Below are positions 14,529-27,607 of a DNA stretch of 64,000 bases, in pieces. The stretch spans positions 59,086,001-59,150,000 of the forward strand of contig OX597825.1 in the NCBI GenBank assembly GCA_951406725.2, given 5' to 3'. Each line of letters opens with the position of its first letter. Position 1 is the first letter of the stretch. The stretch is from Octopus vulgaris. Its lineage: Eukaryota. The position numbers and the translations under genes are program-made. The notes beneath the pieces are model-generated. The model searched no databases and had not been told where the DNA came from. It saw only the letters and a program-made list of their open reading frames with translations.

Positions 14529-14530
<2 letters not shown>
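14221..14530 (+). mobile_element. tRNA-derived SINE, family C variant (relative at 62793-63150)
   Basis: GGAGGCACAATGGCCCAATGGTTAGGG...GGTTTCGATTCCC A/B boxes; tail CCCATGAGCCTGGCTAGGCTT shared with 20339-20591. Confidence 0.85.
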
Positions 14531-14554
<24 letters not shown>

Positions 14555-14566
<12 letters not shown>

Positions 14567-14860
14567 TCACACACACACACATATAATTATTTGCAGGATA
14601 TTATTGAATTGAGGTATTTTAATAAGGACACCAAGTTACGGTCGAGAATAGCATATCCATGTATCAACATCATCATCATCATCATCGTTTAATGTCCGCT
14701 AGCATGGAAAGCGGACATTAAACGATGATGATGATGATGATGATGATGTTGATACATGGATATGCTATTCTCGACCGTAACTTGGTGTCCTTATTAAAAT
14801 ACCTCAATTCAATAATATCCTGCAAATAATTATATGTGTGTGTGTGAGTATATATATATA
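14555..14860. repeat. Near-perfect palindrome, ~146-bp arms, 9-nt spacer
   Basis: Left arm ends ...AATGTCCGCT (14700), spacer AGCATGGAA, right arm begins AGCGGACATT (14710). Arms differ only in microsatellite length. Confidence 0.9.
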
Positions 14861-14861
14861 T

Positions 14862-15045
14862 CATCATCATCATCATCATCATCGTTTAACGTCCGTTCTC
14901 CATGCTAGCATGGGTTGGACGGTTCGACCGGGGTTCTGGGAAGCCAGAAGGCTGCACCAGGCTCCAGTCTAATCTGGCAATGTTTCTACAGCTGGATGCC
15001 CTTCCTAACGCCAACCACTCCGTGAGTGTAGTGGGTGCTTTTTAC
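14862..15045 (-). mobile_element. Family-D element (RTE 3'-tail-like, (GAT)n tail); other copies ~31250-31412(+), 37845-38200(-), 40630-40803(-), 48585-49000(-), 59800-60005(+)
   Basis: GGTTGGCGTTAGGAAGGGCATCCAGCTGTAGAAAC ... CATGCTAGCATGGA...CGTTAAACGATGATG. Confidence 0.8.
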
Positions 15046-15119
15046 ATATATATATATATATATATATACTCACACACACACACATATATATATATATAAG
15101 TCATCTGAAAGTTCATAAA

Positions 15120-15470
15120 TCAGGAAAAAGATGCACTCATATATTTGTCAATAGAGTGCGTATATTATCTGAAGTGTACAAATAATACCAACGGGTTTTG
15201 CGCTAGGAGCACAATGGAGTGTTAGGTGACAATCTGATTATATAACCTTACACTCATCAGAGGTAGCTGATATGGAATTAAATATGGTGACTGCTCTCTA
15301 TTGCTGGAGGTGAAAGGACACATCCGGTTTGTGGTTGCTGTGAAAACATGATGAAACAGACTAGGAGATTTAATTAAGAGTTTGTCCCTTGGTACCAAGA
15401 CATCGCCACTGGGTTAGTTATAGTGTAAGTCGGCAAGAGCTATCATGAAGTGCTTGTGAGAATTGTGGGC
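15120..15470 (-). mobile_element. Probable Penelope-like terminal remnant with degenerate hammerhead-like core
   Basis: Minus strand: CTGATGA (15260-15254) ... GCGC-AAAAC-CCGTTGGTA, followed by an AT-rich tail. Confidence 0.3.
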
Positions 15471-16099
15471 AATACATACATACGTACGTACATATGTATG
15501 TACGTACGTATGTATGTATACAGTGTGTGTGTTGATTTCCCATCTACACAGTAATGCATTCCTCCATCCATTCATTCACCAAACTTCACCCATTCATCAG
15601 GTGATCAGCTAACCAAATATGGATGAAGAGGATGGATGGATGGCATCTCTCTCTGACTGGTAGAGATGTTCCTGTCAAGAGTGTTACCTTAGCTATGGCT
15701 CAGATAATGAAGAGCAATAAGAAAGAGACAGAGAGAGACAGACAGACAGAGAATGTTGTGGGAGTGAAACAAAGAATCCTTACTTGCTTATCATTTATCG
15801 ACATCAACATCCTTATCATCATCATCATCACCATCATGTACACATTAGAAACACTATATTGAAGTTTTTTTGTTTTTTTTTACATACATACTAATAGTGG
15901 CCAATGAGCAACTGTTGAGTTGTGGAGGTAACATTATCTTTGGGTGTATATATATGCGTGTGTGTGTGTGTGTGTGAATGCATGCATGTATGGGTATATG
16001 TGTTTGTTTATTTGTATTTAAATGTGCGTGGGCATTTGTGTGTACTTCTGAAAGTGTCTACATTTCTAAATGTATTTACACCATTACACATGTAGAATA

Positions 16100-16173
16100 G
16101 CATCAAGAATATATATGTAGGTATATATGTTATATATGTGATATATATATGTGTGTGTGTGTGTATATATATG

Positions 16174-16205
<32 letters not shown>

Positions 16206-16363
16206 TATATATGTGTAACAATGATGATGATGATACACATATATGTGTGTATATATATATATGTATGTGTGTGTATTTATATATGCGTGTGTGTGTGTAT
16301 GTGTATATATATATATATATATATACATACATATATATACACATATATATGTGTGTGTGTATG

Positions 16364-16407
<44 letters not shown>

Positions 16408-16421
16408 TATATATACACATA

Positions 16422-16459
<38 letters not shown>

Positions 16460-17500
16460 CATATATATGCGGAGAGAGAGATGTGCGTAGGTGAATATAT
16501 CTATGTGTGTATGTGTTTCTATATATGTATACAAACACATAGTTAGGTAAATGTTTGTGTTTACAAACAAGATGAAACAAAGTAATATTCAATACAATAA
16601 ACAAAGTATAGAGTGAAACCAAAACTTCATGACTTATGACAAGTTTCATGTTCCTGTGTGTGTGTGTGTGTGTGTGAAGGTGAGCATGCATCATAATGTT
16701 TGCACAAATTTTATGAATGTGTATGTGGGTCTATACACCTGTGCGTATGAAGCTATGCGTTTTGTTGTTTATACCAAAACACTGAACATATACACACATC
16801 ATACACAAAGACATATAAACAACATACACACACTCACAAACACACATAAACAAATATATATACTTATATATATGTATGTATGTATACATACACAGATGTA
16901 TTTATCACCCCCTCCACACACACACAAAACATACATATACTCACATTTACATACATCTCTGTCCTTAGACCAGATCGTATCAATTTTCATGGATGTGTGT
17001 TTGTATTTATATATAAAGCCACGCATATACAAATACATGTATTTGTGCGTATGTGCATCTATCTATCCCTCATTATATATATACATAAACACACACACAT
17101 ACACACATATATGTATACACATACACACATATATATACACATACCCACATATATATACACATACGCACATATATACACATACACACACATATATACACAT
17201 ACACACATATATATACACATACGCACATATATATACACATACACACATATATATACACATACGCACATATATAGACACATACACACACATATATACACAT
17301 ACACACATATATATACACATACACACATATATATATACACATACACACATATATATATATACACATACGCACATATATATACACATACACACATATATAT
17401 ACACATACACACATATATATATACACATACACACATACACACACACATATATATACACACACACACACATACACACACACACACACATATATATATATAG
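16100..17500. repeat. Compound (TA)/(CA)/(TG) microsatellite field including an ~18-bp ATATATACACATACACAC minisatellite (17090-17490)
   Basis: Direct inspection; it explains the many Y/I/H/T/C/V-rich ORFs here. Confidence 0.95.
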
Positions 17501-17857
17501 AGAGTACAACCAAATATGATAAGACCACATTAACACTAAGGCATCCGAGAATCTCAAGCACAGTAAGTGATATGAATGACTAGAAGACACTCAATGAAAG
17601 TTGAAGCTAGAACTACCACCACCACCACCACCGATGCTGAAGACACTTCAAGTAACATCACCACCACCACCACCACCACCACCATTATTACACATCAAGA
17701 TTCAGAAATAACTGGGTGGAGGAGATGCAGTATGGTGGATGAGGGTGGAGATGCTAGGTAATAATCAAATAGGTTACAGCTATTAGATTACCCAGAGATG
17801 TTGCATGGGTGGGTGTGGAGACAAAGGTATTGCATGTATGTGTGCATGTGTGTGTGT

Positions 17858-17902
<45 letters not shown>

Positions 17903-19554
17903 TGTGTATGTGTGTGTGAGTCAACATTTAACAATGAGCAGCAACAGAGAGCAAAGACTCAATGGAACACCGTTTCTGACATGGAACTGAATTCTAGCAG
18001 ACACTTCATGGCCACACCCTCCCCTTAGTCTTACACAAACTAGAAGCATCATTATTAATGGTATTAGTATTATTATTGTTATTAGTAAGGCACCAAGCAG
18101 GCAGAATGGTAAGGATGTTGGGCAAAATGCTTAGCAGCATTTCTTCTGCTCTTACATTCTGGGCTCAAATTCCACCGGTTTTGACTTTACATTTCAGCCT
18201 TCTGGGGTCAAAAAAATAAGTAATGGTTGAACACTGGGATTGATGTTATTGACAATCACTTACCACCCTTAGAATTGCTGGCCTTGTGTCAAAATTTGAA
18301 AAAAATATTACTATTGGTTGAGGAGGTGGATGGAAGAACCTGAAAAGACAAGTCTTCACACCACAGAAAAAAATGAGATCAAAGATTAGATTTCTAACCA
18401 CATGGTTCTGGGTTCAGTCCCACTGCATGGCACCTTGGGCAAGTGTCTTGTGCTATACACTCAGGCAAACCAGAGCCTTGTGAGTGGATTTGGTCGACAG
18501 AAACTTAAAGCAGCTTGTTGTATATGTGTGTGTGTGTATTTGTGTTTGTCTCCCACCATTGTTTGACAAATGGGGTTGATGTATTTACACCCCTGTAACT
18601 TTGTGGTTTGGCAAAAGACCCTGATATAATAAGTATCAGGCATAAAAGGTTGATTCATTTGACTAAAAAATTTTCAAGGTGGTGCTCCAGCATGGCCACA
18701 GTCAAATGACTGAAACAGGTAAACTATAAAGTTTGTGAATGGTGGGGGTGATGAGAAACAAGGTGAGGAAAAAAAAATCAAGACTTGGGATATGGTATAA
18801 GGTGGGAATGGTGAAAGAAAGTGTCTTTGGTAGAGATAGGGTGATGGCGGTGATGTAGGTGGTGGTGTATGTGACGAGAAACCCTTGTCCAACATTTCCT
18901 GACGAGTGGAAAACATTAAACACATCTGAGCCAATATTTAACTTCTTGGGTGTCAAACATCAATAAATTCTTCTGTTTAGGTGAATTTACCTCTGTGTGT
19001 GTGTGTGTGAGAGAGAGGGGGAGAGAGAGAACGGGAGGGGGGAGAGAGAGATGGCTGTTGGACGAAGAGGGATAAAGGAAATAAAAGACCTATTGGAATA
19101 CTTAGCTATTAAGTCAAAATTTGTATTGTTGTTGTTAGTGTTGTTGTAGCTTCCGGTCTAGTGAACTTGTACATAACAGCTTCATGTTTTTTTTTTTTTT
19201 TTATCAAGAGTTCAGATCTACCTTGGGATTAAGGTTGACTTTGCCTGTCATCCTTTCGGGATCAATAAAATAAGTACCAGTTGAATACTAGGGTTGATGT
19301 AATTGATTATCCCCCTCTTCTAAAAAAATTCAGGTCATGTGCCTATAGTAGAAAGGATTATTATTATTATTATTATTAATAGTAATAATAATGATGATAA
19401 TGATAATTACTGTATTTGGAAAGAGCAAGGACTGCAAGAAATATTCTTAATATCTAAGGAAACTGGTTGTGACCCAGTATCAAGGACATTGATTCTGAAT
19501 GTAAAGCATTTGTGCACATCACAAATGATAATGATGATGATGATGATGATAATG

Positions 19555-19586
<32 letters not shown>

Positions 19587-20338
19587 CTAATATCAGAAAG
19601 ACAAACACACAAAAAAGCAAATAGAGACAGACAAGACACATGCAGATAGATAAGACACAAGCAGATGGATATGTGAAAACAGCAATTCTTTAAATAGTCT
19701 TATCTGCAGGGTATGTAATGACAAAATGTGTTAATACTACAGGAGCAAACAATTGTCTTGTGCACAGAGGCAGTAGATACATGTATAGATGCACACACAC
19801 ACACATTTGTGTGAGTGTGTGTACATATAAGTCTGTATCTGCTGAGGTATCTACAATCATATAGAAACCCCACACCATTCTCATATCCTTCCTGTCAGAA
19901 CTCCTCTCTGCTCCCCCACCATTTTCAATAGACACCAATTGCTCACACTTCCAAGGTAAGCAAATGGTTTCAATCACAGAAAGACAATGTAAAATATTTG
20001 TAATTTACAGACAATATTGACAGATCACGGTCGTGACAAGTGTTGTGGTGGTTAGTGTCAATACTATGGAGTAGTCTGTATTCTACTATAGCCTTTTCAC
20101 AGCTACTGAGTTCTTAGTATGCTTGGTTGCAGTGGTTAGATATATTTAATTTGGTGTAGTGGTTGCATGGTTAATGGAGGGAAAAAGAGGTCAGAGGAAC
20201 CCCAACGTTTTAATGCTGGAAGGATTGACACTGCCATAAGGACCTGAAATCATCATGGTCACTAGCTAACAAACGATAAGGAACTGGGTCCCAGTGCAAA
20301 ATCTATGTAAAATTTAACTATGACTTCTACTTACTAAT

Positions 20339-20591
20339 GTGGAGGTGCATGGCTTAGTGGTTAGGGTGTCAGCATCATGATCGTAAGATTGTGGTTTCGA
20401 TTCCTGGACCGGGCGATGCTTTGTGTTCTTGAGCAAAACATTTCATTTCACGTTGCTCCAGTCCACTCAGCTGGCAAAAATGAGTAATGCTGCGATGGAC
20501 TGGCTTTCCATCCAGCTGGGGAACACATACGCCATAGAAACCGGGGCCCATGAGCCTGGCTAGGCTTTAAAAGGGCGCATTTATTATTTTA
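20339..20591 (+). mobile_element. Full-length family-C SINE with 14-bp TSD
   Basis: TTCTACTTACTAAT at 20325-20338 and 20592-20605; tRNA-like head TGGCTTAGTGG...GGTTTCGATTCC. Confidence 0.9.
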
Positions 20592-22784
20592 TTCTACTTA
20601 CTAATCACCAATGTTCATAAAACCGTTCTAGCTCTTTGTTAGAAATATGAAAATCAACAGTAGTAGGTAATTTTAATGGATGAACTATCGATCAAAATGA
20701 TGATAATTAAGATATTCTTTGCTGCTAGTTCTCCATCACATCATGACATGAACCAGTGTCCACTCCCACCCATTAGCTCTGTCAAGTCCTTGATCTAATG
20801 TTGTGTGCCTCAGCCAATAACATTTGAGTAATTTTGTGGTCTTTGCCCTCTGCTAGGATGTAGATGTCTCTAAAATATAACATCTGTTATAATCTGGTGT
20901 TCAGCATGATAGCAGTAGCCAGTAAAGCCTACCCTGTAGATCAACAATAATAGACATGGGTAGAATATATTCATAAACCTCAAATTTGATCTTGTGCTCA
21001 ACCATGGGATGTTTTGAGCTCTTGTGAGAAACCTAGATAATGTTCCATCAAGGTGATATTGAAGCTCCTTTTTCATAGAATAAGTTTCAGCTTCACATAA
21101 AAAAAAAATTCTCTCTACATATGTCTTGAAGAAAGCCACCCTTGTTGACTTTGAAATAATTGATTGCCAAATATTTTGAAGCTTTTTATAGTATGACGAT
21201 ATAAGACAGATGTCCAGTATGTGGTGCAGAATAGAACTTCAATAATGAGAAGACATTTCAACCAAGATATTTTCTTGTCCTCATCTTGCTTATAATGAAA
21301 GGTGCCATTATTATTCAGGACTCACATAGTTTAAGTGATACCAGTATAAGATAAACAGAGCAAGCTTAGCAAGGAGAGAACAGATCCCTCCCTCCTTCCT
21401 CACTACTCCCTGTCTCTTTCTTGCTCTCTATTGTAATTCCACATTCTAACTGATACCAATACATCACAAGAAATTCTTCTCCGACCAACCACCACATGCA
21501 GATACACACAGACAACAGTCTCCCAAGATAAAAGGCTGGAGAATCAGTGAAATTCATTTGTTTCTTGAGTAAAAAAAACACACAATATGAACATCAAATG
21601 TGTGGTTTAGTATGGTCTATAGATTAATGAGACAGAGTGGGGAGAGAAGAGGTAGGAAGGAAGGAGAGAGAGAGAAAGAAAGACTGACAATGAGAGATAG
21701 ACAGCAAAAAAAAAAAAAAAGATCAAGGATTCAACAAATTGTTTGACAAGACAAAAATTAGAAGGGTTGATATCAGTAATTAATAAGAGAGGATTTCTTG
21801 TGTGATGAGCCCGGGTCTTGTTTTTAAGATGTGTGTGTGTGGGAGAGGGAGGAGGTTTCACATGATGAGCATACTTATTTTTAAAGATAAGAGAGGGAGG
21901 GATGAGCTGTCATATGAAGAGCAGGGTCTTGTTTCTATAAGAGAGAGAGAGAGAGAGAGGGGGGGAGATGAGGCTTCACCTGATGAGCAGACTCATTTTC
22001 AAAGATAAGAGAGGGAGAGATGAGTTTTTATGAGTAGTACCCTGCTTCAAAGATAAGATAGATGGGAGCTTTTGCACATTAAGCTAGAAATGTCAAGATT
22101 AATCTCATCTGATGGCACAAAAGCACTATTTTTATGGAATTTTATAGACTGAGAGAGAAAAATGAAAAATGATAAAGAGAAATGAAAGAGATAGATAGAG
22201 AAAGGGAAAGAGATGAATAGAAATAAGAGAGAGAGAGAGAGAGAGGGGGGATGAAAGAGAACTAGAGGTGGATAGAGAAGAATTTGACATTGTGTAAAGT
22301 AGAAGTGTTAAAGGCTTACAAGTGTTGTGCTGGGGGGGGGAGGGGTTTAGGGAGATGGGAAGAGAAGAAAACAAAACAAACCCCACACCCTAAAAGACAA
22401 GAAAAAAAAAAGTAGGAAAAAATCCAACAACAACAAAATTTGGCATCATAACTCATTGGTGATTAACTGTAGCAAACACTTCTGGAAGGTAAAACACAAG
22501 AGATCCAAAGATAAACAGACAACAGGAGTAAAGTAATTAGTGAAGAATGTATATCAAAGACAAAAAAAAAAACACAAAAGGCCTTACAACAAACAACAAC
22601 AGAGGTTTTCAGATTCTGTGAAGAATTTTTTTTTCCTAATTCTTTCTTCAAGGTGAGGTTTTCAACCAGGTGAGACAAAGTTATGAGAAATATTTCAACT
22701 ATCAGAAAAAAAGCTCCCCAAAATGTATGTTTTACTTTCATTTCGCTTTTTTTGTTTCGTTTACGTATTATTATTATTATTATC

Positions 22785-22997
22785 AGGCAGCGAGCTGGCA
22801 GAATCGTTAGCATGCCAGGCGAAATGCTTAGCGGTATTTCATCTGCTGCTATGTTCTGAGTTCAAATTCCACTGAGGTTGACTTTGCCTTTCATCCTTTT
22901 GGGGTCAATAAAATAAGTACCAGTTGTAACACTGGGGTCAATGTAATCGACTCATCCCCTCCCCCAAAATTGCTGCCCTTGTGAAAAAATTTGTAAC

Positions 22998-23033
<36 letters not shown>

Positions 23034-24200
23034 GGCAGTGAGCTGGCAGAATCGTTAGCACGCTGGGCAAAATGTTTAGCAGCATTTTGTCCATCTGCAT
23101 GTTCTGAGTTCAAATTCCACCGAGGTCGACTTTGTCGTTCATCCTTTTGAAGGTCGATGAAATAAGTACCAGTGGAACACTGGGGGTCAGTGTAATCAAT
23201 TAGTCCCCTTCCCTAAACTTTTAGGCCTTGTGCCTTTGTTAGAAAGGATTATCATTATTATTATTAAGGTATTGAGATGGTAGAATTGTTAGTCACCAAA
23301 CAGAATACTCAATGGCATTCTGTCATATCTTTATGTTCTCTGTTCAAATTCTGCTGACAATAACTTCACATTTTATCCTTTAGAAGACAATGTATTAAGT
23401 GCCAGTTAAATACAGGAGTCTATTTCATTCATTAGTCCTCTCCCCTAAAATTTCAGGCCTTGTTCTTATAGTAGAAAGAATCACTATTATTATGATTAAG
23501 GCAGTGAGCTGGCAGAAATGTTAGCAAGTCAGACAGAATGCAAAACAGCATTTCATCAAACTTTATATTCTGAGTTCAAATTCTGCCAAGGTCGACTTCA
23601 CCTTTCATCCTATTGATGGGGGTGTCAATAAAATAAGTACCAGTCAAGTACTGGGGTGGATGTAATCAACTTCCCTCCCCACCTCAAAAGAGCTGCTGGC
23701 AATGTGCCAAGTTTTGAAACGGTTGTTGGAGTTGTTACTATTATTATTATTATTAATAATAATAATTGTTAGCATGTTGCACAAAATACTTAACAAAATT
23801 TTGTTCATCTTTATGTTTTGAGTTCAAATGCCACCAAGGTCAATGTCATCTTTCATCCTTTCTGGGTTGATAAAGTAAGTACCAGTTGAACATTGGAGTC
23901 AATGAAATCAACTTCTCCCCTCCCTGAATTTGTTGGCCATGTGCCAAAATTTGAAACCATTATAATTATAATTATTATTATTATTATTATTAAAGTGGCA
24001 AGCCAGCAGAATCGTTAGCATGCTAGGCAAAATGCTTAGTGGTATTTTGTCCGTCTTCCATCCTGAGTTCAAATTCTACAGAGGTTGACTTTGCCTTTTA
24101 TCCTTTTGTGGTTGATAAAATAACTACCAGTTGAAACCTGGGGTTGATGTAATCAACTTACCCCTCCCTGAAATTGCTGGCCTTGTGCCAAAATTTGAAA
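22785..24200 (+). mobile_element. Head-to-tail array of six family-A SINEs separated by (TTA)n tails
   Basis: Six repeats of GGCAG.GAGCTGGCAGAATCGTTAGC...GTTCAAATT...TAAGTACCAGT...GGCCTTGTGCC with differing divergence. Confidence 0.85.
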
Positions 24201-24339
24201 CTATTATTATCATCATTATTATTATTATTATCTTTCAAAATTTTTCCATTTCTTGCCCAAAAAACCCCACTGTATACATTGGTGGGCCATTAAAATAAAC
24301 ACACCAGATTGTTCATTTACAAAGTCATGTAATTTTCTT

Positions 24340-24540
24340 TTATTTGTTTCAGTCATTTGACTGTGGTCATGCTGGAGCACTGCCTTTAGTCAAGCAAATT
24401 GACCCCAGGACTTATTCTTTGTAAGCCTAGTAATTATTCTATCAGACTCTCTTGCCGAAGCACTAATGACAGGTACGTAAACACACCAGCATTGGTTGTC
24501 AAGCGATGTTGGGGGGACAAACATACACACAAACATGCAA

Positions 24541-24612
<72 letters not shown>

Positions 24613-24768
24613 GACAGGCTTCTTTCAGTTTCTATTTATTAAATCCACCCACAAGGCTTTATTCGGCCCGAGGCTATAGTAGAAGACACTTGCCTAGAGT
24701 GCCACACAGTGGGACTGAACCCAGAACCATGTGGTTGGTAAGCAAGATACTTACCACACACCCACTCC
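24340..24768 (-). mobile_element. tRNA-derived SINE family B (CORE-like), bipartite with internal microsatellite; other copies ~18395-18722(+), 25423-25745(+), 26290-26650(-), 33163-33533(+), 37210-37577(-), 42590-42908(-), 52270-52670(+), 56185-56570(+), 59140-59550(-)
   Basis: Head GTGTGGTAAG...GGTTCAGTCCCACTG, CORE-like GGCACCTTGGGCAAGTGTCTT, tail GCTCCAGCATGGCC.CAGTCAAATGACTGAAACAA. Confidence 0.85.
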
Positions 24769-25756
24769 TGAAAAAAAAAATCATTATTTTTGTTATTGTG
24801 ACATATATATAACCTATTTATTACCGTGGTAAGGAGATAACAATTTTTTGCTACTTAATCACTAATTTTGACTTTTATAAGATAAATCTTCAGTGCCAGC
24901 ATTTACAACCTATAATTGATAGTAGTTAGACAGAGGACGGAACCGTGGTTTTCCTCAAACGACTTAACCACTTTTGCAGAACTAATGATTTGTAGAAGAA
25001 GACGGAGGAAGAGGAAATGATTAATGGCAGATCTCTTTAAGAAGGTTTCCACAAATGTCAGTAGATAGGTGCATCGATGCCATTGAACAGGAGCAGAATA
25101 ATAGGTCACTGCACAAATGGGTCGTGTAATGTCACCACAGAAAATATATGCTAAAAATGGAAAAAAAAAACAAGAATGATTCTCAGTGACTTGGGCTGAA
25201 TAACACACACATACACACATGCAGCTATGTAAATAGACACACATAGGTTTTAACCAAAGCATATGGATATTCAGACACTTGCAAAAATATAATTTATATA
25301 CTCCTTCTTTCCTTTCCTGAGCGTCCAATAACACTATATTTGTTCCACGTCCTTATGTTGTTGTGTTTTTTTTGTGCTTTCTTGTTTGGATTAACTATAT
25401 ATATATATACACACACACACATAGGCATAGACATGGCTGTGTGGTATGAAGTTTGCTTCCCATTCACATGGTTCTGGGTTCAGTCCCACAACGTGGAACT
25501 TTGGGCAAGTGTCTTCTACTATAGCCTTGGGCTGACCAAACCTTTCTCAGTAGATTTGGTGGATGGAAACTGAAAGAAGCCTCTCTGTGTGTGTATATAC
25601 GTGAGTATGTGTGTGTGTGTCTGTGTGAGTCTACCCCAACACCACTACTTGACAACCAGTGTTGTCCCCATAACTTAGCAGTTTGGCAAAATAGATTGAT
25701 GGAATAAGTAGGCTTTAAAAAAAAGTACTAAGTCGATTCATTTGGCAAAAAATTTC

Positions 25757-25821
<65 letters not shown>

Positions 25822-26239
25822 ATTCATAAAATATATAGGGTGACAATTATTTATAGAAATTTCGCCACCAGTGGCCTAGCATGTATAAAAAGTCAATAGA
25901 CAACATATTCTCAATATACACTATTTTATATTGAGAATATATATATGCACACACACACAATGATATATACATGCAGTTATATACACACAAACATACATGG
26001 CTATGGATATACGTGTACATCAACATTGCGTGTGCATGTGTGTATCATCATCATCAACATCATTTAAATCTCAATGTTGCATACTGGCATGGGTTGGAAA
26101 TTTGGGTAGGATCAGATGGATCCAAGGTGTGTATTGTGTTCCAAATGTTTGCTTTAGCACGGTTTCTACAGCTGGATGCTCTACAGGGTGCTTTCTTCAT
26201 GCCACCAGCATTATTGAGGTCACTGTGCAACTCACACAC

Positions 26240-26285
<46 letters not shown>

Positions 26286-26705
26286 CACTCTTTTAATTGT
26301 TTCAGTCATTTATCTGTGGCCATGCTGGAGCACCGCCTTTAGTTGAGCAAATCGACCCCGGGACTTATTCTTTGTAAGCCTAATACTTATTCTATTGGTC
26401 GCTTTTGCCGAACCACTAAATTATGGGGACGTAAACACATCAGCATTGGTTGTCAAGCAATGTTGGAGGGACAAACACAGACACACAAACATATACACAC
26501 ACACACATACATACATATATACATGTACATATATACGATGGACGTCTTTCAGTTTCCGTCTATCAAATCCACTCACAAGGCTATAGTAGAAGAGACTTGC
26601 CCAAGGTGCCACGCAGTGGGACTGAACACAGAACCATGTGGTTCGTAAGCATAAATGTCCTGAAATCTTTCACAGCCTTGGATTTTTATCTCATTCTGTT
26701 AATTT

Positions 26706-26794
<89 letters not shown>

Positions 26795-27506
26795 GGAGAG
26801 AGAGGGAGATAAAATCATTGTTTTAATATCCTCTTTTCTATGCTTGTATGAATCAGAATGAACTCATGAAGGTAGGCTTTCTACAGACAGATGCCCTTTC
26901 TCTTAAGGGAAAGTGAGGTTAGTCAATATGATTGAACCTCAATACTTGACTGGTACTCAATTCCATTGAATCTGGAGGGATCACTAAAATAGAGCATCAC
27001 TCAATCTATAATATGGTGACATATTACAAAAGATGGGAGTACAGTTGATTGAAACAATACCAGTTCATGATTAGAATTGGTTTTGTTGATCCTTGAAGAA
27101 TGGAACCCAAAACTGACGTCAGTAGAATTTGAACCTGGGACATAAACTTACACCATAATGCCTATCACTAGCGATCAATTCTACAAAACTAAACCTGTAG
27201 ATTTTAGGTTTTTTCTGGAAAGGGAGCTAGTCTTTCACCAATAAATTTCCATGACATGTTGGTGTATTACTAAAGTAATGAAAGTTACATTCTTTGTCTA
27301 AAATGCCAGTCCTGTCCAAGTTTACCCTGGTTTCTCAAGACAGGAAGCTAAACTCTCTCGAAGATGTTGGTGTATTACTAAAGCAACGAGAATTAACATT
27401 CTTTGTCTATGAATCGAGTTTTCTTTGCATTATGAACACATAAATCTGAGACTAAACATTCATGACACATACCGTCACCTTTTAACTATTGTTAATACTT
27501 AAGACT

Positions 27507-27607
27507 TGATGTCAGTGAGGGCAAGTAACCATGGAAACATTGCTCTACTTACAGAGGGTCAACAACACAATTGGATTATGTTCTGCTATAATAGTTGCTA
27601 TAGCAAC
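27507..27607. promoter_or_regulatory. Candidate intronic enhancer: two RFX X-boxes plus a CRE-like site
   Basis: GTAACCATGGAAAC (27525-27538) and palindromic GTTGCTATAGCAAC (27594-27607) both fit GTHNYYATRRNAAC; TGATGTCA at 27507-27514; non-repetitive context. Confidence 0.45.

Noticed and set aside
16008-17590. Long ORFs up to 296 aa rich in Y/I/H/T/C/V
   Set aside because: Translations of (TA)/(CA)/(TG) microsatellites; no coding signal.
20339-20415. tRNA-like sequence (also other SINE heads)
   Set aside because: A/B boxes are followed by a SINE body and flanked by a TSD; not a tRNA gene.
27114-27121. Perfect CRE TGACGTCA
   Set aside because: Lies inside a decayed family-A SINE; likely chance.
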